The notes under the pieces: generated by a model
The model's input: the letters and a program-made list of their open reading frames with translations, nothing else
What the model was told of the DNA's origin: nothing
Databases searched by the model: none
Shown here: positions 1 to 6,738 of the stretch, piece by piece
How positions within the stretch are numbered: position 1 is the stretch's first letter
Layout of the letters: every line of letters starts with the position of its first letter
Virus record (IMG/VR): IMGVR_UViG_3300047457_000394
DNA from: an uncultured virus (IMG/VR IMGVR_UViG_3300047457_000394)
Taxonomy: Duplodnaviria; Heunggongvirae; Uroviricota; Caudoviricetes
Direction: 5' to 3' (one strand)
Length of the DNA: 64,000 nucleotides
Position numbers and translations under genes: made by a program

Positions 1-23
1 GCTTGTTCGAAATTGACTTGCAT
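1..23 (-). CDS. Partial CDS (MQVNFEQA...), probably the N-terminus of the AAA+ ATPase that continues at 64000
   Basis: ATG at 23 preceded by AAGGA RBS and running off the window start; the ATPase at the other window end lacks its N-terminus. Confidence 0.6.
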
Positions 24-43
24 GATGATTCCTTGTGAAGGTT

Positions 44-58
44 TTTTAACGGTTAAAA
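44..58. promoter_or_regulatory. Palindrome TTTTAACGGTTAAAA, candidate operator
   Basis: Perfect 7-1-7 inverted repeat just upstream of an RBS; recurs at 2311, 3227, 3304, 4132 and 61397. Confidence 0.6.
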
Positions 59-796
59 TTAGAGGGCGAATACATCAGACTCAACGGTGTGTTTCATCTC
101 GGCTTTGGCAACAGCCATGAGCTTGGTCCAGCACTGGGACATACTGAACTCGTGCCACTTAGCCCCCATCCCCCAGGTACGCTGGTACTTATAAGACGCG
201 ATCAGTCCCGGCCAGTGCTCGGCAAACCTAAAGTCAGTTAGTGCTTCGCTGATACGGCGGCTATCAACCGCGAAGGGAGCATCGCCTGGGGTCGCATTCG
301 CATACAGCACTGGGAACAATGCTTTGAACCCGGAGTCCTTGATTGCTTGTGTGAAAGCTTTAGTCTGTTCTCGATCCACCACCTTGCGGCAGAACGGCTT
401 AAGTTCGGTGGGCACCCAATCCCCCGCCTCGTTGGGACGTAGCTCCATGCCATCGTAGTAACGCCAAGGACCAAGAGCCAACTGCGAGAGGTTGCCGAAG
501 CGAACCGAGTAAATCGACATGCGGATACGGCACAGGTAGAGAGCCTCGGTTACCGCAGCCCGTGTCGTGGGGGACGACCCCCACCCATCGCAGTTAATGA
601 TGACGCGATCACCACTCTCAGGGATGATTAGTATGTCTGTGTTGTAACGACGCACAGCGATGCCGTCGTGCAGGAGCCGCACCCGCTCCCAGTCTCTACG
701 CCTGCGTTTGGGGTCCAGGGGCGCTTCGCCTTTGAACCGGCCACGTTTGTACTGATGGCGCTCGATGTGATCTTTCAGCAGTTGATACGGGTTCAT
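59..796 (-). CDS. Hypothetical early protein (245 aa)
   Basis: Long ORF with AAGGA RBS, collinear with the early operon. Confidence 0.8.
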   Translation of the reverse strand: MNPYQLLKDHIERHQYKRGRFKGEAPLDPKRRRRDWERVRLLHDGIAVRRYNTDILIIPESGDRVIINCDGWGSSPTTRAAVTEALYLCRIRMSIYSVRFGNLSQLALGPWRYYDGMELRPNEAGDWVPTELKPFCRKVVDREQTKAFTQAIKDSGFKALFPVLYANATPGDAPFAVDSRRISEALTDFRFAEHWPGLIASYKYQRTWGMGAKWHEFSMSQCWTKLMAVAKAEMKHTVESDVFAL

Positions 797-822
797 GGTT
801 GAGTCCTTGTGGTTGGGGATAC

Positions 823-1047
823 TTAAAAAACTTTCTGTATACCAGCGTAGTTACCGAACCGATTTAACATCTTCTCCCGTGCCTGTTGTAGTGATGCGCA
901 GTTGCGCCGGTACATCTCAATAGCGTGAAGCATGCTTTCCGGGTCGGCATCGGGGTGCCGCAGTAGCTCCAGCAGTTTGGATTCGAACTCACGTAGGTTA
1001 CGGACCATCCGCGAGTACATCTGTTTTGCTTCATACACACGACTCAT
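823..1047 (-). CDS. Hypothetical helical protein
   Basis: ATGA overlap with the upstream ORF. Confidence 0.7.
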   Translation of the reverse strand: MSRVYEAKQMYSRMVRNLREFESKLLELLRHPDADPESMLHAIEMYRRNCASLQQAREKMLNRFGNYAGIQKVF

Positions 1048-1253
1048 CGCACCAGCCCGCCTTTATTGTTAAGCCCCGCCAGATCGGTCCGGCTTGTTAT
1101 CAGCATGTAGTTAGACTTGTGTAGCGGTGCCACGGTGTGCCGCACGGCTCGGGCTTCATCCTCTCCGCACGGTAGACAGACTTTGTAGCCAGCTTGGAAG
1201 CGAGCGGGGTGGAAGCGATCGCCGCAGGCGCGGCAGGTTGGTTTACGGTTCAT
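1044..1253 (-). CDS. C4 zinc-finger protein (DksA/TraR-finger-like)
   Basis: CRACG...R..AG...CLPC pattern; AAGGAG RBS. Confidence 0.65.
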   Translation of the reverse strand: MNRKPTCRACGDRFHPARFQAGYKVCLPCGEDEARAVRHTVAPLHKSNYMLITSRTDLAGLNNKGGLVR

Positions 1254-1292
1254 CTCAGTTCTCCTTGGTTGTGCCCCATGAGGGGCGGTAGG

Positions 1293-1481
1293 CTAAACGT
1301 GACTGTCAAGATGTGCTTTGTCTTGCAGAGCTAAGCGCAGCAAGCGCATCTGCTCGATTGCCTTCTCCCGTTCAGCGGGAGGTAGATCATCAAGTTGCCC
1401 TCGGCTGTTCCTTTCGGCGTGGTAGAGAGCGTCGGCAGCAAGAGCGTAGGCGTACTGCTTGGGGGTGAATCCGTTCTTCAT
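1293..1481 (-). CDS. Hypothetical protein
   Basis: AAGGA RBS, tightly packed in the operon. Confidence 0.7.
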   Translation of the reverse strand: MKNGFTPKQYAYALAADALYHAERNSRGQLDDLPPAEREKAIEQMRLLRLALQDKAHLDSHV

Positions 1482-1482
1482 G

Positions 1483-1707
1483 TCATTCCTTTATGTAGTC
1501 TGAAACATTCCAATACTCATCGAGCGCAGGTTGCATACCCACACCCTCTGGCCCTTGCCATACCCACACGATGTCGCAGTCGGGGTACGCATTGAGGCAC
1601 TGCTCCTCTGCATGGTCGGTATCCTCGGCGTAACACTGGAAGCCAAACGGGGGGTCAAGGGGCGTCAGAATGCCCTCGATCCGATACAGCACGACATAGT
1701 TCTTCAT
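1483..1707 (-). CDS. Hypothetical acidic protein (FQCYAEDTDHAEEQC motif)
   Basis: AAGGAG RBS, ATGA overlap. Confidence 0.75.
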   Translation of the reverse strand: MKNYVVLYRIEGILTPLDPPFGFQCYAEDTDHAEEQCLNAYPDCDIVWVWQGPEGVGMQPALDEYWNVSDYIKE

Positions 1708-1877
1708 TTCACTTCTCCTTGGAACCTCGGGTCAGACTGTTTCGCCATCTCCACCAGCTTCTCGTGGAGCGCGGAGTACTCCTCAAAAATCTCATCGTCG
1801 TCATCGTTGCGGTCGGCATACGCCCATGCAAGTTCAGCCAAACTCCACAGTTCATGCGTGGTCAATGTGTTATTCAT
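1704..1877 (-). CDS. Hypothetical acidic protein, first ORF of the early transcript
   Basis: AAAGGAG RBS before ATG at 1877. Confidence 0.7.
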   Translation of the reverse strand: MNNTLTTHELWSLAELAWAYADRNDDDDEIFEEYSALHEKLVEMAKQSDPRFQGEVK

Positions 1878-1960
1878 CTCAGTTCTCCTTTCAGGCATGT
1901 AGCCTGGGTTTGGTTTGCGTTTAGTAAAGCAGTAGCCCCCTGGTAAGGGGGCGTTTCGTA

Positions 1961-2013
1961 AAGCTCATCAGTGCACGTTCCCGTGCAGACCCGGCATGTG
2001 CCGGGTTTCGCTT
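1961..2013 (-). ncRNA. Hammerhead ribozyme, type II
   Basis: Minus strand reads AAGC-GAAA-CCCGGC(ACAU)GCCGGG-UC-UGCACG(GGAA)CGUGCA-CUGAUGA-GCUU: intact CUGAUGA/GAAA core, three paired stems, GUC cleavage triplet (cut between 1988 and 1987). Confidence 0.9.
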
Positions 2014-2310
2014 ATTGGTTTGGTCTTGGTTAGCTTTTATTCATATGTCCTGATACCTGCACCCTCAGCACCCTGCTGGGTGCACTGAGTTTGGATAGTG
2101 GGCTTAGATATCGCCAGATCATATGGAGGGCTTGCACACATGTGCACAGCACATGCTCTTACCTCACGCTTACTCCCCGAAGGAACGTCACACGGGCAAA
2201 CCTCGCATTAACACGAGGCCGCACTGGTACAAGCAACTACCCGCAAAGAGCAGGTAGACAGACGTGTCCGGGGTTGCATATAGCAACAGCGGCTTGCCCG
2301 CACCCCCTAT

Positions 2311-2325
2311 TTTTAACCGTTAAAA
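2311..2325. promoter_or_regulatory. Palindrome TTTTAACCGTTAAAA, candidate operator
   Basis: Perfect copy about 55 nt downstream of the predicted early TSS. Confidence 0.6.
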
Positions 2326-2354
2326 TTAACGGGCTAGTTGGTGCGGTACAGCAG

Positions 2355-2368
2355 GTTGTGAAAGAACG
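2355..2368 (-). promoter_or_regulatory. boxA-like antitermination element (CGTTCTTTCACAAC)
   Basis: Resembles boxA (GCTCTTTAACA) and lies just after the predicted TSS. Confidence 0.4.
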
Positions 2369-2385
2369 AATTACTACGAACCCAT

Positions 2386-2414
2386 ATTGTACATGAGTCG
2401 CGTTACTTTGTCAA
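2386..2414 (-). promoter_or_regulatory. Strong sigma70-type early promoter
   Basis: TTGACA (2414-2409), 17 bp spacer, TACAAT (2391-2386). Confidence 0.85.
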
Positions 2415-2566
2415 GTGATTGTGTATGGTTTATTGATATAGATCAAAGTGGTTGGGTTTAGTCTGTTGAGTGAGTGTGTTACGTTATTCCGGCACCAGTG
2501 GAGGGGTGGTTTTAGGGGTCGGGAGGGATTTTAGACAGTAGTGATTACTTCAGTTGATGGGGGTAT

Positions 2567-3224
2567 GTATCGAGAAATACGATACACGGAACTGTGTACT
2601 TACGTTACGGGGAAACGTTACAGGCGCGTATCGCGTATCGTTGGGGGTCGCGTATCGGAACACTTTTTCACGATACGCAGGCGTAACGCGTAACGAGACG
2701 CATACTACAGAGAGGAAAAATGGCGCGTATCGTTGTATCGTTGATTTCAGCTTTTTAAGCGTCTGGCGCACCCCCCCCCCCCCTGAGCGCAAAAACGCAT
2801 CTCCATAAAAAGCAAAAAAATAACTTCCGGCAGTTTGCTTTTTTCAGGCTGGCGTTCAAAAAACTGCGTTACAACGATACATATATATAAAACTTCTTCT
2901 TCTTCTTATTATTATTAGGCGTTTGTTGTTACGCAACAACGCTTTTTCCCCTCTTTGGTGCAGTTTTCCATACACACTCACGTGACATAGTGTCTAACTG
3001 AACAAATTTCCTTGTAACGTTTTTACGTAACATTCCCCCTTTTTTGCGATACGCGTGTTACACGCTTGTAGCGTTTTTTACGATACACAAAATTGTGTTA
3101 TGTGGCTTGTAACGAAATTTACGATACATAAAAAAGAGTGTAGTGGTCGTGTATCGTTTTCGCGTATCGTTGTGACACAGTTACAAAAGCCCGTATCGTT
3201 TTCGCGTATCGTTGTGACACAGTT
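2567..3224. repeat. Iteron-like field of CGWTAC hexamers around an AT-rich core; candidate replication origin
   Basis: About 16 CGATAC/GTATCG and 7 CGTTAC/GTAACG counted by eye; AT-rich stretch 2881-2917; 32-bp direct repeat 3151-3182/3193-3224. Confidence 0.6.
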
Positions 3225-3244
3225 GATTTTAACCGTTAAAATCA
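3224..3244. promoter_or_regulatory. Extended 21-bp palindrome TGATTTTAACCGTTAAAATCA
   Basis: Perfect 10-1-10 inverted repeat containing the recurrent core. Confidence 0.6.
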
Positions 3245-3300
3245 GCTCCCATGCACCCCTGCGATGATAGTTTGTTTTTACCTGCGAAGCAGGTCTGTAT

Positions 3301-3321
3301 TTATTTTAACCGTTAAAATAA
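3301..3321. promoter_or_regulatory. Extended 21-bp palindrome TTATTTTAACCGTTAAAATAA
   Basis: Perfect 10-1-10 inverted repeat flanked by GAA-triloop hairpins at 3280-3294 and 3322-3336. Confidence 0.6.
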
Positions 3322-3443
3322 CAGCCTGAAAGGCTGCTGATTAGTTGTTTGCAGGACTCACCTGCCCTCCCGCGCTCACTCGCACGCACACTCGCTCACG
3401 TGCTGCCGCCTACTATCAACAAGCCCGCGAAAAACGCGGGCGT

Positions 3444-3468
3444 AAAAAAGCCCCGCCGAAGCGGGGCT
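3444..3468 (-). terminator. Rho-independent terminator
   Basis: AGCCCCGC-TTCG-GCGGGGCT followed by a T-run on the minus strand; second hairpin at 3423-3441. Confidence 0.85.
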
Positions 3469-3486
3469 GATGCTACTGGTTAAGTC

Positions 3487-4056
3487 TTATTTCCAGCCGT
3501 GCGACTTGACCCAGGCCAGAAACAGCGCGACCCGTCCGGGTTCCGAACCAACTGCCAAGACTGCCGCGCCGAACTGATCAGGCTTGACCGACTTGGGGAC
3601 CGTAAGCGCCACGGTACGTTTCTTGGCGTCGACCTTCAAGCTCGCTGCAGTCGTGGGTCTGTGCGACTTGGCCTTGGCGCCGGCTTTGCCACGTCCGGTC
3701 CGTTCATTAGCGGGTATTGGTTTAAGTCCACCATCTTCCGGGGCAAAGTGTGCCCGGGCATGCCAAGGTTGGCCCCAATGAAGCGCACGCTTTAGGCCCG
3801 ACTTATACGCATTGGCAGTTGCCCGCGAGAGAATGCCCGTATCAACGCAGGCCCCGAAAATCTCGACCCCTATAACCTTTGCCGTGTCGATCTTATCCAG
3901 ACCTTCCACGACTGCACAGTCAATTGCGAAGTTAACCGCCACAGCGCGCTGGGTTGCCGCTTCCGCTTGGGTTGCTGCGATCCGATCTGCAGTGTCCGCG
4001 AACACGGTAAGAGCATTGTCGATTGCATCAGCGAGAACCTTGTTTACGTTATCCAT
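3487..4056 (-). CDS. Stand-alone hypothetical protein (~189 aa) with its own promoter and terminator
   Basis: ATG 4056 with AAGG RBS; Ala-rich with a basic C-terminal half. Confidence 0.75.
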   Translation of the reverse strand: MDNVNKVLADAIDNALTVFADTADRIAATQAEAATQRAVAVNFAIDCAVVEGLDKIDTAKVIGVEIFGACVDTGILSRATANAYKSGLKRALHWGQPWHARAHFAPEDGGLKPIPANERTGRGKAGAKAKSHRPTTAASLKVDAKKRTVALTVPKSVKPDQFGAAVLAVGSEPGRVALFLAWVKSHGWK

Positions 4057-4102
4057 GGTGTTTACCTTGTGAAGTTGCGTGGTCACGTCGACCACAGAAC
4101 GG

Positions 4103-4130
4103 ATTGTACACTGTTCCTTCACAATGTCAA
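4103..4130 (-). promoter_or_regulatory. sigma70-type promoter
   Basis: TTGACA (4130-4125), 16 bp spacer, TACAAT (4108-4103); palindrome variant TTTTAACGGTTAGAA at 4132-4146 abuts the -35. Confidence 0.75.
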
Positions 4131-4268
4131 ATTTTAACGGTTAGAATCAGACCCCACCGTACGGGGGGAACCCCTTTTGCCGGTTATGGGACCCACGCGC
4201 GCTTACGCTGAGTGCTAAATCCACGCAACCCACTTCACCGCTTCGCTTCACTTAGTTAACTTCGCTTG

Positions 4269-4451
4269 CCTGCGTTCCACCTGCGTTTTCCTTAACTACC
4301 TGCGTTCCACCTGCGTTCCACCTGCGTTCCACCTGCGTTCCACCTGCGTTCCACCTGCGTTTTCCTTAACTACCTGCGTTCCACCTGCGTTTTCCTTAAC
4401 TACCTGCGTTCCACCTGCGTTCGCTCCGCTTGCCTGCGTTCCACCTGCGTT
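4269..4451. repeat. Tandem array of 14 CCTGCGTT cores spaced 11 or 19 bp
   Basis: Cores at 4269, 4280, 4299, 4310, 4321, 4332, 4343, 4354, 4373, 4384, 4403, 4414, 4433, 4444. Confidence 0.9.
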
Positions 4452-4551
4452 AACTTCGCTTCGCTTGCCTACATACCCCCCTTTCACCAAAACAAGCCCT
4501 CAAAAAATTTTTGCTAAATTTCTCACAACTCTACTTCACTCAGTTAACCCC

Positions 4552-4579
4552 TTGCATATAACCTTGCCTGTGTTACGAT
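4552..4579 (+). promoter_or_regulatory. Possible promoter for the packaging/structural operon
   Basis: TTGCAT, 16 bp spacer, extended -10 TGnTACGAT. Confidence 0.4.
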
Positions 4580-4606
4580 GCGGTATCCGCTACTTGCGTG
4601 CATATT

Positions 4607-5188
4607 ATGGAAGTCCCAGAAATCGAGGTTGACGTACCGTTCGTCCCGTATGTGCCGACCTTTGAGGATTTGCAGGCACGGGTTACTGCTGCGCTTCGAA
4701 GTGTTGAAGATGTATATCCAGACGGGCTTCCCGTCTCTGACGACAATATTCAAACTGCGCGAGCCGTGTTAGCGGGTGCCGTATCCCCCACTCCTGAAGT
4801 GCTTGCCGAGCCCGGCGTAGTAGTACATCTAAAAGCGATCCTTGATGAATACGACAAGGAAGTTGTGCAGTCTGCACAGCAGATACGCGCTTACGTCACC
4901 AATAAACTGATTCTTGACTCAACTCACCCAGACCCACGTGTGCGGTTAAAGTGTTATGAGATGCTGGGTAAGATTAGCGATGTTGGGTTGTTCACAGATA
5001 AGACTGAAGTAACCATGCGGCATCGGCCTACTGCCGAGCTAGAGCAGTTGTTGCGTGAACGCCTTGCAAAAACACTGGAAGCCGTGCCTGAAGCATTACC
5101 TGCCCCTGAAGTGCCAAACGTACCCGTGCCAGAGCTATCGCAATTTTTAGGTGAAGTCAGTGAGCGGTCTGAGCAAAGCGGAAGTTGA
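4607..5188 (+). CDS. terS: Putative terminase small subunit
   Basis: Immediately upstream of and overlapping TerL; helical; motif RLKCYEMLGKISDVGLF. Confidence 0.6.
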   Translation: MEVPEIEVDVPFVPYVPTFEDLQARVTAALRSVEDVYPDGLPVSDDNIQTARAVLAGAVSPTPEVLAEPGVVVHLKAILDEYDKEVVQSAQQIRAYVTNKLILDSTHPDPRVRLKCYEMLGKISDVGLFTDKTEVTMRHRPTAELEQLLRERLAKTLEAVPEALPAPEVPNVPVPELSQFLGEVSERSEQSGS

Positions 5189-6728
5189 GCGCCTGCTGGC
5201 GGGGGTTAAGTCGATGTCCCAGCAGGACATGCTGGATACACTTGCGCTTTTGGAGGAACTTGAGCGTCGGAATCGGATAGCTCTGTGCCAGAACGACTTT
5301 TTAGCCTTCATAGCAGCAGTTGACTCCGCGTATAAGTTTGGAACCCACCTTAAAAAACTAGGTGGTCTGTTGATGGAGATCGAAAAAGGGCTAAAAGACA
5401 GGATCGCAGTATCCATGGCTCCGCGATTTGGCAAGTCTCAGATGATTTCTATCTATTACCCAGCGTGGTACCTGGGTAAACACCCCGATCACAAGATGAT
5501 TTTGGCCTCGCATACGTCTGATTTGGCCGTTGATATGGCCCGGAAAGTGCGAAATTTGATGCAATCTGACGTTTATATGGCCATTTTTCCTGGGGTTAAT
5601 ATCGCTGCAGACGCTAAAGCGGCTGGAAAGTGGAATACCACCAAGGGTGGCGAGGTGTTTGCCGTGGGTGTTGGGGGTGCGTTGGCTGGCCGTGGCGCAC
5701 ACTTGGCAATTGTCGATGACCCGCTTTCAGAACAAGACTTAAAGGCAGGCAATACAGCCTCTTTGGACACGGTTTATGAGTGGTTCCGTGCGGGTTTGCG
5801 TACACGTTTGATGCCGGGGGGCCGGATAGCGATATTACACACTCGCTGGCACCAACGGGACCTCATTGGGCGGCTAACTAAGGATGCCTTGCTAAATCCA
5901 GAGGCGGATCAGTACGAGATTTTTGAGTTTCCTGCCATTCTTACCAGTGCCAACCCTGCAGCAGACCCCACAGCCCCTGGGTATGATCCAGAAGCACCGC
6001 TAGAACTGCAGAAAAGTCTGTGGCCTGAGCAGTGGAGCTTGGAGAGTTTGCTGCGGACCAAGGCGTCCATGCCTGCGTGGCAGTGGAGTGCACAGTATCA
6101 GCAAGAGCCAACGTCGCAAGAGTCGGCGCTCATTAAGCGCGAGTACATCAAATGGTGGGAGAAAGAAGACCCGCCCGAGGTTGACTATATTGTGCAGTCT
6201 TGGGACACGGCGATGACGACTAAAGAGCGGTCTGACTATTCTGTGTGCCAGACGTGGGGGGTGTGGCAGAACGAAGATGGTGTGGATAATGTCATCTTGC
6301 TGAATCGCGTCAAGGGTAAGTACGAGTTTCCCGAACTAAAACAGCAGGCACTGCAGCAGTTTAAAGAGTGGCGTCCCGACACGCTCATCATAGAAACTAA
6401 AGCGTCAGGCCAGCCGCTCGTCGATGAGTTGCGGCGCTCAGGTATATATGTGCAGGAGTTCAGTCCGGGTAAAGGGCAGGATAAGATTGCGCGTGTCAAT
6501 GCTATCAGTGATATGTTTGCAAGCGGGCAGGTTTGGTTCCCTGAGACACATTGGGCGACTGAGGTTGTAGAGGAGTTGGTTGCGTTTCCTGCAGGGGAGC
6601 ACGACGATGATGTTGATGCCACATCACTGGCATTGGCACGGATACGCCGGGGTGGGCTGCTGCGGTTAAATTCTGACTATGAAGAGCCCGATGAGTTTTC
6701 TCGCCCACGACGCGGTGGGTATTACTGA
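5151..6728 (+). CDS. terL: Terminase large subunit
   Basis: Walker A MAPRFGKS, Walker B AIVDDP, TRWH, nuclease SWDTA and HDDDVDA. Confidence 0.95.
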   Translation: MKSVSGLSKAEVERLLAGVKSMSQQDMLDTLALLEELERRNRIALCQNDFLAFIAAVDSAYKFGTHLKKLGGLLMEIEKGLKDRIAVSMAPRFGKSQMISIYYPAWYLGKHPDHKMILASHTSDLAVDMARKVRNLMQSDVYMAIFPGVNIAADAKAAGKWNTTKGGEVFAVGVGGALAGRGAHLAIVDDPLSEQDLKAGNTASLDTVYEWFRAGLRTRLMPGGRIAILHTRWHQRDLIGRLTKDALLNPEADQYEIFEFPAILTSANPAADPTAPGYDPEAPLELQKSLWPEQWSLESLLRTKASMPAWQWSAQYQQEPTSQESALIKREYIKWWEKEDPPEVDYIVQSWDTAMTTKERSDYSVCQTWGVWQNEDGVDNVILLNRVKGKYEFPELKQQALQQFKEWRPDTLIIETKASGQPLVDELRRSGIYVQEFSPGKGQDKIARVNAISDMFASGQVWFPETHWATEVVEELVAFPAGEHDDDVDATSLALARIRRGGLLRLNSDYEEPDEFSRPRRGGYY

Positions 6729-6738
6729 GTAAGGATAC

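Larger units (their letters stand above)
2014..2379 (-). ncRNA. Candidate structured leader RNA upstream of the hammerhead
   Basis: No substantial sense ORF; several stems including the 10-bp long-range pair 2291-2300/2193-2202. Confidence 0.45.

Noticed and set aside
1925..1975. Second hammerhead using the downstream GAAA and GCCCCCU/AGGGGGC hairpin
   Set aside because: Stem II would be 1 bp and stems I/III do not register with the core; at most an alternative inactive fold
2091..3267. Short ORFs in the control region
   Set aside because: No RBS, repeat-derived peptides, and better explained as non-coding elements
4269..4451. CRISPR or mini-array
   Set aside because: Units are 11-30 bp with repeated fillers and no unique spacers; no cas operon
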